This document shows positions 38,464-52,222 of a stretch of DNA of 64,000 nt, in pieces (the stretch's first letter is position 1; each line of letters starts with the position of its first letter). Where the stretch lies: positions 7,874,001 through 7,938,000 of the forward strand of contig CM060733.1 of the NCBI GenBank assembly GCA_030704615.1. Direction: 5' to 3'. A program made the translations under genes and the position numbers. Below the pieces are notes generated by a model. The model saw only the letters and a list, made by a program, of their open reading frames with translations. It was not told the DNA's origin and did not search any database. This stretch comes from Takakia lepidozioides (Eukaryota > Plantae > Bryophyta).

Positions 38464-39576
38464 TCATACAATTGGAGTTGAGATAAACTGCATTGCACTT
38501 ATCAATTTCACCTCTTTCTCAAGAGCTTCAGCCCTTAAGAGAAGTTTTGAATTGGCTTTGTTTGCTATCCCAATCTGCTGCGTATGCTGATGTAGGTTTT
38601 CCAAGAGACCTTGTATCTCTGCAGAGTGGTCCTCCTTCATTCCCATTATCTCTTCTCGCATATCCTGAATGTAGGCCTTCAATCTTTCTATCTCGCACTT
38701 CATTGAGACCATGACTTGCTCTGATCCCTCCAATGGCTGGGTTTTCTTGACTGGTGATTTAGTCTTGTTTACTTCAGGCAAGGGCTGATACCGCCACTGT
38801 GTCACTTCATTTTCATCCTTGTCTACTTCACATACCTTATCTGGAACTTTTTCCGCCTGTTGCCTTCTCTTTACTTCCAAGGCCTTCTTAAGTAGTCTAG
38901 GTGGGGGCGCACACCACATCGGTGACTCTTCAAGTTCGTCCTGATCGATATCACTCTCTTCTGCTCCACAGAAACTGCAGAAGTGAAGTTTGTTTGATTG
39001 CTGGCCTTTAACAGTTTGCAACTCTTTGTTTTTCCTTCCTATCAGCTGGACATACAGCGGAGGAGTCCCTTCATATTCGTCGTCCCCTGACTCACAAACA
39101 TTGTCCAGGTCACGGTGTTTCTTTGCTTGCGACTTTTTCCTATTTATGCCTGGCACGGGGGAGTGCAATGGTGTCTCTTCAAAATCGCCCGCATGATCCA
39201 CTCTGTAACCATTGTTAAGCCTCTTCCAGAGCTCGAATTTCTTAGCTTGCAAGTATTTCTTACGCCTTCCTGACCGGGGAGACTGCAACGGTGTCTCTTC
39301 AAGTTCTTCCTCCTGTGTTTTCCACAGGTTGTCCAGGTCGAATTTCCTCAATTGCTGGCATTGTTTTGCTACAACTTCCTTCTGAATTGCCCTCGGCAAG
39401 AGCTGCAATGGCGTCTCATCACCTCCTTCACTGTCTACTTTGAAAGAGTTTTCTAGGGTCGACTTCCTCAGTTTCTGACTCTTTTTCTCTTGCAATCCTT
39501 TCTTATTCTTCCGGGAACTGGGTAGAGGGCAAAATTCTTGGAAACCCCGCAGGCTTTGTGACCATTGAAGAGTCAT
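38464..39576 (-). CDS. Hypothetical 370-aa protein with ~40-aa acidic-TP-basic repeats and a C-terminal coiled coil
   Basis: Uninterrupted ATG ORF. Repeated EETPLxSP...KKxQAKK modules. Heptad-like C-terminus. May have further upstream exons. Confidence 0.6.
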   Translation of the reverse strand: MTLQWSQSLRGFQEFCPLPSSRKNKKGLQEKKSQKLRKSTLENSFKVDSEGGDETPLQLLPRAIQKEVVAKQCQQLRKFDLDNLWKTQEEELEETPLQSPRSGRRKKYLQAKKFELWKRLNNGYRVDHAGDFEETPLHSPVPGINRKKSQAKKHRDLDNVCESGDDEYEGTPPLYVQLIGRKNKELQTVKGQQSNKLHFCSFCGAEESDIDQDELEESPMWCAPPPRLLKKALEVKRRQQAEKVPDKVCEVDKDENEVTQWRYQPLPEVNKTKSPVKKTQPLEGSEQVMVSMKCEIERLKAYIQDMREEIMGMKEDHSAEIQGLLENLHQHTQQIGIANKANSKLLLRAEALEKEVKLISAMQFISTPIV

Positions 39577-40610
39577 TGATTCTCAGACATAGGAGACAAA
39601 CTTGTCTTGATGCTTTGTTACACAAGAATGTCAGACAACGGGCCAAATCCTTCTGACGTGACTTCACCAGCTGCTTCTATCTACATTCCCCCCTCCCCTG
39701 TGAAGCTAGACAACAAGATATCTTCTTCTTAGGGTGTCACTAGTAGCATGCCTATCAACCACATCCATTTCCTTTGACCACAGTGACACATTCCCTACGG
39801 TAAACGTGCAAACGTGATACGAAATCTGCCAGGCCCTGGTATTTCTCATGGCCAAGGAAAATACCTAGGAACGTCGTCATGGTTGCAGACCTCGGGCGCA
39901 ATCTTGCCTCATGAGCAAGCTCGCCATCCCCACAAACTGAGCTCACCTCACTCACATGTGACAGGAAAATAATCTCTGATTTGGAAGGTTCCCCTGCTCT
40001 GACACAGAAAAATGTTCGCTACATTGTAAGAACATAACCTTGTCTCTTCCTTTTCAGATCCAGTACGAATCGCTGGTGTCCTGACAACCGCCATAGATTT
40101 CATCCGCACACGACTCCTTGGTCCTCCTAACCTCTCCAGTCCGAATCGCTGATGTCGTGGCAAGCAACATGCATTTCATGCATAGATAACTCCTTACCAT
40201 AGTGGCAATCTTTATCCTGCCATGGCATCCTTGAGACTCCAAAAATGCATGTTCCAATCGAAAACTCAACAGCTCTCTCTCTCTCTCTCGTCCCTAAGAA
40301 CGCAGGTTCAGTTCCACCTTGTCAATTCAGATATCTACTTGATGCATTACCATCCGGAATCCCTTTGGTGCACAACAAACACTCCCACTACCGATGAAAA
40401 AGCCAATGCATCTCATTGTCAGACCAATTTGTGTGTCTTGGTCTCTTGCCAGATTTCTTGCATCAAACCACCTTCCTCGGACCCTCCTAACCGACACACG
40501 GTGGAAAGAGACGACGAACCCTAACGGAGAGAAAAGTTTTGGTGCGGTATACGTGGCCCTGGATGAAATGTGTTGGATGTACGATACTTCTCTGTGCGTT
40601 GAAGGCTTGC

Positions 40611-41170
40611 TGTAGACCCCGTTCTATAATAGACCCGTGCGGATTCGAACCCAGGCACACCTGCAATGTGGCCACACCGGATTACTAACATGCATCGGAT
40701 TAGTAAGAGTGGTTAGAGCGAGCTCGCGGTTTAGTAAGATTGATTAGAGGGTAGTCCCTCTGATTAGTAAGATAGTTTAAAGAGTTTAAGTAGATGGTTA
40801 GAGTAAAGCAGTTTCTAAAATAATTACAAAAATTAAAAATTAAAAATAAAGCAGTTCGGATATGGATAAGGCCAGAGTTGTGACGTGGCCAATTGTAACC
40901 GCCACCCTGGTAACGGTACTGGGGTTCGCCTTCGCAGTTGTTGATCCCTCGTTGTGCTACAGTCTGTCTCTCGAGTGATTCGTATCCCGAGAATGGAATG
41001 CTTGCAAACCTTTCTCCCGTATGGATTACGAGGTGTTTTTCTGTTTCTCGAGGTCTTCTCTGGTATCTCTTTCTAGAGCTTTTCAACACACATTTAGACT
41101 CCCTTTCCTCACTGTATCCGACTCTTGCATTCTCTGTCTGTGGGAGCCGAATTCGCGCCATTAAATCACA
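40611..41170. mobile_element. Probable solo LTR (560 bp)
   Basis: Begins TGT and ends ACA, flanked on both sides by TTGC (40607-40610, 41171-41174). Confidence 0.5.
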
Positions 41171-41335
41171 TTGCTTTCTTCGAGATTACAAGCATTGGGT
41201 CGCTTATGCAAGTGCCTCTCGTAACGGGGCTTTCAAACAATCTTTGACCACTTTGAACATTGTTCTCTTGTAGCTGCCACGGAAGTTTAACCAGTATTTT
41301 GAAATTTTGTGAACTCACCATATACCTTCAGCAGC

Positions 41336-44131
41336 ATGAGCTCAGGAAAAGACACAGCTTTGATCGTGATCGGGATTATAGGTACTTGCTCGTAGCATTA
41401 TGCATAGTTAATTAATTCCGCTTTTTCCCTACAGCTCTAATCGCAGGCCCTGACTAATTTGCAAGTTTCCTTCGTCCCACCAATCGCATTGATCAGGCAT
41501 TCCTGTTGGGATCAAAATGCATGTTTGATGTTGAATCTGCTCAGTACAGAATTATTGTTAACTTCTTACAAGAAAGAGTGACCAGCTCGTGCGTGAACAA
41601 ACACCTGTGGAACAGAATCACTTTGACAATTCTATGCTTGCATCATGTGGATGTTCGATGTTGGGTCTCGTCGGCAAGATGATCATGAGGAGCATCTTGC
41701 AAGAAAGAGTGACCTCGTGCATGAACACCCTTTGGAAATCTATCACCTTGAAAATTCTAGCCAGCTCATTGGGCCTGTGAGTCGGGATAAATTATCTGGG
41801 AGTCTTTCCCTGGTCATTTCAAACATCGAACTCGGGATTATAGATAGTAAATGAAATGAGGATCCCTTTTCGAGTCGAGGCAACCATGAATTTACATCTA
41901 GAACCCTGCAATTAAGGCCATCCCAGGGTCGAGCTCTGTCCCCCTCTGATGTGTGCACTAGGGTATCGTTGAAAAATGTGCTCGTGAATTACTTTTTTGG
42001 TACAGCATAAGTACACAATGTAGGTGTAAACAGGGGCCGCGGTGAAGTCCTAATCTTACAAATTGATGATGGACCCCCTTGGGAGATGGGAGCCGTGACT
42101 GAAGTCTTCAGCGTTGAATGAGGGCTCTGTTCACTACTGCATCCTCGTAGTGCCTCAACTTTTCTTCCATTCATGAAACAGTTTTTCGTCTGTCCAGACA
42201 TTTTATAAAAAATTGTACTAAAATGAATGGCATGTTCAATGTGTCCACGGGTGATGTGCAGGAAACATTACTTCGTTGGGGCTGTTTGTTTCACCGGTGT
42301 AAGCACCCAAGTCCTTCTCCTACTCTCGAGTCTCCAGGGGAACACATTGGTTTTAAGGCACAAGATATTAACTATCTGAACCTGGGAAAGATGCATGTGC
42401 ATGAATCCAGTCAAGATTAGAAGCACTACATGTATGATCAGACAAACATTTGACTATTGGCTCAATCAGCTTGGCCACCTGCAAACAATAACTGAATCTG
42501 AAAGTGGCCTCAATCGTCAGGCCCACATTTTACAACATATGTAAAAAGAGGACGACGGCGCACTACTCAGGATTGCCTTACGTGTGCATTTTGCTCAACT
42601 GTATGCTCTGGACATTTTACGGATCATCCGCCGTTGCAAATCTGGTGTTTGTCATTTCCATCAATGCTGCTGGCTTAGTTTTGGAGACGAGCTATGTCGT
42701 CATCCACTTGATGTTCGGCAGCTACCACTCCAGGGTAACTTTCTACATCTTTAACTACCGTCGATATGTGACTGGAAATAATCTGAGGTGTAATCTGGTG
42801 TGTGAAGCTAATGTGACCACCCTCTGGATCCCAAAGAATCCTAATTTTCGGATTTCCATGAGCCTGGACATGATGGTGTCTACAGAACTCCCAGAAAAAG
42901 GGCATTAACTAACGCCCCTTGTGGAGACTTGAAACAATCTCTTCGTCCATTTTGAGCTGTACTTTCTAACGTTTCTAATGTATGCGTTGTGTGTCTATGT
43001 GGCAGAGAAATGTTGCATCCCTGTTGGCTGTAGTATGCATCTTCTACACTATTGTGGTAGCTGGAGTCATGGTTGCTATGAAGGATAAAGACCAGCGCAT
43101 GTATCTTGTAGGCTCAATCTGTATTGTCGTTGGCATCATCATGTATGCCTCGCCTCTTGCTGCCATGGTAAGTTCTGCATATACCTGGCCCCTTCCAAAC
43201 CGATGATCTGTTATGAATTATTCTTGTTTCAATGCAAATCTCCAGACCTGTGCAGGAACATCTTCGACATTCAGAGAAGTCACACTGTAAATTAGGCTCA
43301 TCTGGAGAGGAACATGATTTTGATCAAAACCCAGAGCGTAGGAGCATGGAATTAGAAACAAAATATTTCTATGGGTTGGTTGAACAGAAGGAGGTGATCA
43401 AAACCAAGAGCGTAGAGAGCATGCCATTTTGGCTATCTTTCGCCTCTTTTTGGAACGGCCTTATATGGATGGCTTATGGCGCAATTAAGAATGACAAATT
43501 CATCTACGTAAGTATAATTCTGCAAAGGACTCGAGCGCTTCTTGCTGAAAGTCCATGTACCAGACTAATCCCAGCTGAATTCTTCACTTGTACATAAGCA
43601 AGCTTGCTAGATTTACACGTGTATCTCCAGAATGATATTCCATACCGTGTTGTCTATGGTAGATGTTCCTCACATGTAATGGTATTTGCGTCGAGCCCAT
43701 AGTACAGAGAAACATAAAAAAGGTTCGAGCTGAAGATTGGCATATTCATACTAGCTATCTATCTGGAAAGTATTCAGACGACGTTGAAGACCCACTGCAC
43801 GACGATCTTTGAGAGAAAACCAGCCCTGGAACAAGAATGTGCATTAACATGTCAGAGTTGCATCCACTTCTTGCAGATCCCAAATGGGTTGGGCACAGCG
43901 CTGACTATAGCTCAACTGATCCTGTGGAGTACCTACTTCCAGAGAGATGTGGGAAAGGGCCAGGCACATGGAGCAGATCAATCACTTCATGAAATTGATG
44001 TTGAAAAACTTGCAAAAGGTACCGGCCTTATTGAATTGGCTGCTCCACCCGGAGCGCTCAACCAAACTGCAACCCAAAAACCCGAAGTTATAGTTCTAGC
44101 ATCCAACGATGATGTCAGTGCTGAATGTTAG
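41336..44131 (+). CDS. SWEET: SWEET (MtN3/saliva) sugar transporter, 6 exons
   Basis: Exons 41336-41381, 42262-42298, 42521-42734, 43006-43167, 43388-43507, 43877-44131. Motifs GNITSLGLFVSPVPTF, YSGLPY, MYASPL, TKSVESMPFWLS, IPNGLG. Confidence 0.93.
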
Positions 44132-45109
44132 TTTGGTAGATGTATTGTCGAACTGCATACGCATGGTCTCTGGAATGGCATCAGTGACAAGCTCTTGCCC
44201 CGCATCAATCCTAATATTGTTGAGATCTCATCGTGATGGTAGCTAGTGACATTTCGACGGATCAAAATTATCTTCAGGACCACATTCAACTCACCCGTCG
44301 TCTCTCAATATCGTCACAAAGTGTAAGCCATAAGTTAGATTGCTCACCTAGCTGACAGATTGAAATTGCTCTGTACAGAAATACATACATGACATGTCCA
44401 AATTAACAAAGTTGACACCCGCTAACTTACCTCTTGGAATTGAACATCCAGACATGAATGCGCATTGTTGATGATTTCTTATCGGAAGTTTGAGTGATGA
44501 GGAAATCATCTACAACCAAACTTGACGCTCATCAGCTAAGGGTCTGGGTCGGATTAGATCACCTCAAGTGAGTCCTTCGATATTGGGGTACTAGCTCCTT
44601 CCAAAGCATGTCTAGCCATTCCCTGAAGCTTTGGACAAAGAAAGCATGGCATGTTCAAATCGAGAAACACTCCAAGAAGCAAACACAGTACCTAGTCTCA
44701 AGTTTAGGAAGGGCCTTGGGGGATCCTTCCCAAGCGTGAAAAGCTGGGAAAGTTGTGAACTTCCCACACATCAGTGGGACCTTCCAAAAGCGGAAGGTGC
44801 TTCCCGTAACTCGGGGGACTTCCCGATTCATTGAAATTTGAAATACAAAGAGAAAGAATTCCCTATATCTTTACGGTCTCGTGCAACCATGGGATTGTTG
44901 GTCAAAAGAATTCGAGAAAATTGAATGATAATTGCGAGCTCGGGCGCCACCGCTCGTTGAGAGGATTCCGGAATCCGCATCCTCAAAAGCGTACGTTGTG
45001 TTTGTGATTGTGTGCGTGTGGCTGGTTCCAAACCCTCGCTCTGTGAACCAAGCTTTTGCGGCTTGCTGCATCCAGTCTGTATCTGCACGTTGTGAAGTTC
45101 ACAGGCGAG

Positions 45110-48100
45110 ATGCCGGCCCCCGTGGTGGATGAAGAGTACAAGAAAGCTATCGAGAAGGCTCGCCGTGACTTGCGAGCCTTCGTTGCTGAGAAGAACTGTG
45201 CGCCAATCATGCTTCGCCTTGCGTAAGCGTCTCGTGTCATCCTGTTCTGCAAGGGGGTTTTATTCTCAGGGACAATTATGGCATCTCCAATTGCTTCTAT
45301 GCAAATGGCAGTCGTATCCCGTCTTGTTACATTCGGCTGAATGAAATTCGAGTTTGCTGTTCCTCTTCATGACATCTGGTTCCGTGCAATCGACAAATAT
45401 ACCATCTGGTTTCATGTAGTTGTATGAAATTCCAGACTAAGGGGTCCCTTATCGTTTTATAGCTCATTCGAATGTGATTTCCTTCTGTCTCTCCGGTTGC
45501 AAATTATCAGTGTGTTTCCGGAATTGCATACCTTCATTTTAGAGACCATGGGAAAGCGGCATGGAGAGGAAAATACACTCCAGAGACTGCCTCAGCCATG
45601 GCACCGCAGAGAAAGAGAGCGACATAGATTGTGCTATACGTAAAGGGGATCACAGAAATTTTCAGCTTCCATAGGTCGTAGTTAATGGCGTCTATCTTCT
45701 TATCAGCATCTTTTAGGGAACCACCCATATGGCAATGGCCCTCACACGATGTCTAAGCTATTTGCCTCAGAACCTTCATCATAAAGGAACTTTTTTGACA
45801 ACTGTTCCTGGTCAGGGGTTAAAAGCCTAGTTCAACGTCTAATATGCTTACTTTTTTTTTTTTCACCTTTCAGAATCAAGTTTTGATTGATCAAAGCTCC
45901 TTATTTACAGTCCGAATTTGATACACCTCAGCAGAAATCCCTCTGAGGTGATCGTATTGTTATGGGAATGTATGTATGGAATGATCTAAGGAGTAAATGT
46001 GTGTTCCTGTTGGTGAGCTTACACTGAATTGTCCAATGTGTCACTACAGATGGCATGATGCTGGCACTTACGATGTGAGCACACGAACCGGAGGTCCCAA
46101 TGGTTCCATTCGAAGTGAACGCGAGTACATCCATGGGGCCAATAATGGCCTCAAAATTGCTATTGATTTCTGTGGTAATCAATCATTTGTCGCTCACTTG
46201 AATTCAACTAAACAGCCCATCTGCTGTCGATAGTAGTCTGAGTAGTGACAGATATATGGTTAGGACAGTAAACCTTTATGGCACAGAGCTTGATACGTTG
46301 CACATTGCCAATTTGCTAGAGTATGCCTCCACTTTTCCTACATTCAGTTGAGTCAATCATTTACTCCAAGCCCTTCGAAGCTTTGCCCTGTATCTCTTGG
46401 TCATGGTTACTGCATTTACAATCTTCACCAGTCTAAAGGGTTAGACTCCTTTTGATCTCTTGTGGTTGCCTCATCTTTGGCTTTAGCCTGTTGTCTACCG
46501 TACCTCTAGTGAAGTTCATCTAGTGTGGCTTTACGGATCCTCAGCCTGGGTGAACTGTTGTTTATCAGTCTAGTCCACGAAAATGTACCGTATTGCTTTG
46601 CATATCCAGGGTACTGTTCCTACTGAGATCTACTAGTTTCAGCCTTTACAGTTTGATGTAAATTGAGGTTACTTAATGACGTCTCTGCTTTTGGCAGAGG
46701 ACATCAAAACAAAGTATCCCCTCATCACATATGCAGATCTCTACCAGGTGAGTGGGCTAGTGAAAGCTGTTGTCCCATTTGAGCAACCAGAGATAGTGCA
46801 GATAGAATTCATATTGATGCTGCAGGCATGCTCAGATAGAGTTTGAACAACCACAACATTGACCTCCTTAATCACACTGTGGCATAAATAATTATGGCCA
46901 GGATCATATCCGAAATTGTTCTGATGTTTCTTTACTAGAGAAGGAGAAGCTATAATTGAAGGTTGTGTAAGGAGGGAACATGGGCTGATGCTATCGAGCA
47001 TTTATTGACCAAGGACTTTTAAGAAATATAAGTGTGGAGTCCCTTTATCTGCATCTCTCTAATCCCTCCCATTCGAAGAAAAGAAATCGTGACTGGCTTG
47101 TGAGGAAACAGTCATGTGAGAAATGGGTACAAAACTAATGATTTTTGTGAATTCAGTTGGCAGGTGTTGTGGCTGTTGAGGTAACTGGCGGTCCAACGAT
47201 TGAGTTTGTGCCAGGACGCAAGGTTGGCTTTCCCTCATCACTGCCTTTGGAAAATATATAGGAAAGGAAAGAGGGTGACAGGAGGGGGTCCGGGCGGCAC
47301 AATACAGTATGTCTTGACTTCCCATGAGCATTGCCCAATTTCATGGGATATCAAGGCAGACTTACTGGCAGTCTGTCTGTTTGGTACTTGAAGGTCTTGA
47401 CTCATGGTTTGGAGAGAGTATTACATCGTACCCTGCAGTGTCCATGGATGTCCGTGAAAGTCTTCTCTCACATTTTTTGTCGATTCAAGACCTTTTTTGA
47501 TTGGGAGCTGAAATGCTTTTGAAAGTTCATACTATGTGACTGTGGCTATGTTCTTTAATATGTGATGCCAGGATTCTATGGCATGTCCTCCTGAAGGGCG
47601 ACTTCCGGATGCTACAAAGGGTTTGTTGCTGATCCCATCCTTGGTCCTGCGCCAGAATCTATATTGCCACCTTTATGGCACTATCACATGATTGGCATTG
47701 GAGTATCCCAGTTGGTTGTGGTTCTTTCGAATTCAAGGTTTGCATTGTTTATGGCAATCAAAACATCCAAGGTTCTTTACAGTAACTTGAGTTATAAGGG
47801 AGATGGAAAACGCGCTTTTCTCTTAGATAACATGTCAGCTAAGATATCAATCAGATCGCAGGCACAAACTCTAGTACAGAACAGTGTTTTTGGGCAACTT
47901 TTCTGACCTTGTTTGGTTAGGGTATTTTGATTCAATGAAGGAGCACCACATTTGAGGGATATCTTTTACAGAATGGGCTTGTCTGACAAGGACATTGTTG
48001 CACTTTCTGGCGCACACACTCTAGTGAGTTCACACTACCTTGCTAATCTGTAGACTGTAGCTCTTAGTGGTGTATTGAAAGGATAGCCCACATAGGGGGC

Positions 48101-50113
48101 GATAACTACTTGGATTTATGCTTCAAACTAACGAGACTGCCTATTGACCCTCTCAAACTCTATATCTCTTAACTCGTGTGGAATCCATAGTGTGACATTG
48201 CTTAGTGAAGTCCCTGCTTCTTGTTGTCATACAGAGAGAAGGGAAATGTAGTGTGCTTTGCTCTTGCCTTGTGGCTAGTGTGGGTGGACCAAAGAGGGAT
48301 GTACATGTCACATCTCTCTTTCTCCCAAATCCCCAACTGCTTCTTTCTGCTGGACCTTTCTCTTTGCAAGGCAGGGAGATTGGTGATTGGTATGGAGAGA
48401 CTTGCACATGGCTGGGTATCGGCCACCGGGCTGGATGGTACTGAGGACTGTGCAGTCACAAATGTTGAAGTAATGCACATGGAATCTCCACAGCACTGAG
48501 AAGGAGTGTTTTTGACTGTTCAGGGAAAAGCGCACAAGTCTCGATCAGGATTTGAGGGACCATGGACTTCCAATCCATTGAAGTTTGACAACAGCTACTT
48601 CCAGTGAGTCTTTTAAGACAAATGCGAATGCTGGATGATACTTGTTTAATTTATTGAGTTGATTCTGTGTCACCTAGCTTTCCTGTGCTACATTCAAAAT
48701 CAAATGCAGGTTGTTACATCAGAGTCACCCATATATGCTTTGTATTGCCAGGCTTCTCTTTGGATCATTGACGTTGTTTTGCAATTGTGTGGATCTCAGA
48801 TGGAATAAGCTAACAAATTGTTAACAATCCCACACTGGAACTGGAGCACGTACTCTTGCACAGACAACCACTAGTTCTGGTTAATGGCTTTCTGAACATG
48901 GAGGGTGGATTGTCAACAGAGAGCTGTTGAAAGGGGAGTCAGAGGGACTACTACTCTTGCCAACCGACAAGACATTGCTGGAGGACCCAGCTTTCCGTCC
49001 ACTTGTGGAACACTATGCAAAGGTATGTTTCTCAATTGGCCTTTAAGATCTCTTCCAAACTACATAGCATCGTTTTTTATGCAGAATTTCACCATCCCTG
49101 TGTCTAAGCTGAGGTATGCGATTATTGGTTGTTCCCTGTAAAGATGGACAATGTTCGCACTGGAGATGCAACTTGCCTGGAGCCAGGCATGGTGTTTCAA
49201 TCCACCAGGATATAGAAATCAGTCCAAAATTTCCTGGCACTGGCTACAATCTGGTTACAAGAATGGAGTGTGGCTGGCATTGACAGTGTTACAAAATATA
49301 ATGTTGATTCCAGTACTACACTTCTAGGTCCCTATCTCCATCGATGTGATGCATGTTGCTGTGATTACATTGTCATTCACATTGTTGTCATGGAACTGTG
49401 ATACATAAGAAGAGAAAATGAAAAATCCTTCGTCGACAGGAGGCCTTTGGGACAAAAGAACTACACAATTGAGAGAAGAAGGTTTTATTACGTGCACAGG
49501 AGGCTCAATGGGCCCATGGTTCGACCTTCTACTCACAAGCTGACTGATGGCTGCCATGGAAAACAGGGTAGAAGCTGTAACACTGAACAAAGATTATGTA
49601 AAACTAGTTCTTTTGTAATTTGATGGTGGAGTCACAACTCATCTTAGGTGAAGTCCACTTGGAATGACAAGTTTGCTTTGATGACCCCAATGGACGAAAA
49701 AATGACTTAGAATAGGGATCCTCACATAGCGACTTGTCTTTATTTACCCCTTTTCCAGAACAGCTTGTCTACGGTAAGTCCATGCACTTGTTTGACAGAT
49801 TTTCTTCGGTATTAACTCTTCCTTTCATAAGTGTAGGTATGAAAATGTTGAGGGTTGCTGACATTCTGCCACCACACAGGAAGAGGAGGCGTTTTACAGC
49901 GACTATGCCGAGTCCCACAAAAAGCTTTCTGAACTGGGCTGCAAGGAAACTTCAGCAGCATTTGCAGCTCAGTCTACCAGCAGCAAGTCAGCCATTGAAG
50001 CATACCAAAGCACAGCTGCCATACTAGGACAGGCCTCTGTGGGCGTGGTGGTTGCTGCCGTGGTGGTTGCACTTAGCTATTTCTATGAGGCCAAGAGAAA
50101 AATCCTCAAGTAA
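45110..50113 (+). CDS. APX3: Peroxisomal membrane-bound ascorbate peroxidase, 9 coding exons
   Basis: Motifs [45 protein letters not shown]-terminal TM helix plus basic tail ([24 protein letters not shown]). Confidence 0.93.
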
Positions 50114-50640
50114 TTAGGAGATGGGAGATTCTACTTGGTGTCCTTGCAGGGTCTCGAATAAGATGCTCCAATGCTTATGGAAGCGTCGAGCTTAGTTGCT
50201 TGAGCTTAGTTGTTGACTCAAAAGAGTGGAAAGAGTGCGCGACTTTTGGAAACAAATTAACTATCATTCAATACAATTTTTTCTTTTCTTTTCTGATGAG
50301 TGACCAGCAGAGCAGACCCGACCCTGCCTACTGCAGCTGCTCAACATCAACGTCATCTCTTGTGAGATGTTCCGTAAGCAATACGTTCTTAGGTCAAAAA
50401 AGTTTTTTTGTTTTTATTTTTTAGTATTAACTACTAAAAGTACCTGCAGGGAGGTAAACGTACATGTAAAATAGATATTTATTAAAATAGCTCAAGTGAC
50501 GCACACAAGTTTAGACAGCATGCAGTGCTTCTCTGGGAAGGGGCTCAGAACCGAGTATTCTTCTTCAGTTTGCTGTTTCACGTCTTTGCTCTTCACGGTG
50601 GAAGTGGAAGGGAGAGATTGTGCAGCTACGCACAGCGGCC

Positions 50641-52222
50641 ATGGACCCCTCTGATTGTCGGGAGACCTGGCGGATGCTGTTATTACTTTCTTGCCAGTTT
50701 TCAGTTTACTTCGATTTTGCATTGTTTGCAAACACTGGTGCTCTTTGATCGATTCTCCTTCATTCCGCAAGACCTCTGCAGAGATCGAAGGAGCATCTCC
50801 TCAGAAATCATCTATAGGTTGTCTTGTGTATGATTCATGTACTAAAGGAGCACGACGTGTAGCTAATGCACAATTATGCACGTATGATCTTGTTGCCGAC
50901 CGGTGGCAAGCAGGTAGGAGCCAAAGCCCTAAGAAAGCCAAAGCCCTAGGAAATACAGCCTACCACGATTGCATTTACGTGAGGGGGAATGCCCGGGCCG
51001 AGGGCATTCATGGGTGTGAGGCCCGAGGGCCGGCCCGAACGCCTCTGAATGCCCGCGGGCCCGGGCATTCCCTGACGTGGCGCCCGATTGGCCCACGTGT
51101 CGGTCTGCCTGCGCTCTGTGCCGGAAGGAGGTGGTATTGCACCGGAAGTGGCGCTCCATAGGCACTCAGTTCCGGAAGATAGACCTTCCGTTCCCTGAAA
51201 CGGAATGTGTAGGGTAAAGAAGCGTACGCCCTGCTTTTTATCTGTCGCAATCTGATCGGCTGCGAATTATCCCATATCGATTGCCCATATTTAGCACCCT
51301 GTATAGTATATAAACGGGGTTGAGGTGGAGGGTGGATTTAGGGTGTTCTTGAGCTATGTACACGTGGTGGGAGGCCACATCCTCGCAGGGCATTCCTTTA
51401 CGGGAGGTGTCGTCAAAATACAAAGGGTGAAACAACAAAGGGCGTTACGAATGCCTACTGTGGAGTTTGGAGGCCTTATATGTGTGTTGACTCCCACTCA
51501 TAATATGGATGCGATGGACATTGAGGTATGCAACCCACTCACCGGTAGCTCAAGGCTATTGCCTACGCTAAATCGTTGGCGGCGGGTCCCAGCGATAGTG
51601 ACGGTGTTCATAAATGAGAGAACAAAGACGTACAAGATTATTCTTGCAGGCAATCGTGAGTATGCGGGTTAAGACGAAGAGATCTATGATGCAGCGTTGG
51701 ATTTGTGAAAACATGGTGGACACTTCCCGCCTTGCACCGCATGTTATTCTTTAAGCATTGGTGTTGAGTACAAAGGGGTTTTGCACTTTGTATCCCTACG
51801 AAGTCAGGAATGAGGGCATACCGACTACTTGCGAACAACATTGAACAAGATTTATGGAGCGAGCCACCATACGCCATTCCCAAAGTAGTCAATGAAGATG
51901 ACAAGTTTGCACTTGTTCACTGCGAGGGACGCTTACTCGTACAAAGAGCTTTTGGGCCCACCGCACAGTGCAGAGTCGAGCTGAATATTTCAAGCAAAGA
52001 GTGGGTCCTCTATTAAAAGTGCAAGTTCCACATATGGGTGGTTATTCGAGGGCTATGAATCCAATATGTGGAGTGGTAGCAGGTAACCAACTGGTCATAA
52101 CAAGCGAGGTATATCAGAGCGAGACTAGTATGCACATATTATGGGTGTATGACATGGGTCAACAAATGTTGCGAAGGTTGCCCTCTTGTCCCTTTTATAA
52201 ACTATCTCTGCATCACTATTAG
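50641..52222 (+). pseudogene. F-box/kelch-like pseudogene interrupted by a ~545-bp insertion
   Basis: F-box LADAVITFLPVFSLLRFCIVCKHW. Continues after 51458 as GGLICV...VCNPLT...LP...YKIILAG. Several in-frame stops and frameshifts. Confidence 0.75.
50914..51458. mobile_element. Unclassified insertion with GTAGG...CCTAC ends and an internal GC-rich hairpin
   Basis: Breaks F-box homology. Short terminal inversion and subterminal AAAGCCCT/AAAGGG motifs. No TSD seen. Confidence 0.5.

Noticed and set aside
40630-40690. tRNA gene suggested by GGTTCGAATCC
   Set aside because: I could not build a cloverleaf or acceptor stem; it lies within the probable solo LTR.
41568-41830. Short diverged duplication and LRR-like peptide in SWEET intron 1
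   Set aside because: Too short and degenerate to support a gene call.
44900-44925. Heat-shock element in the APX promoter
   Set aside because: Only an imperfect TTCnnGAAnnTTG; could be chance.
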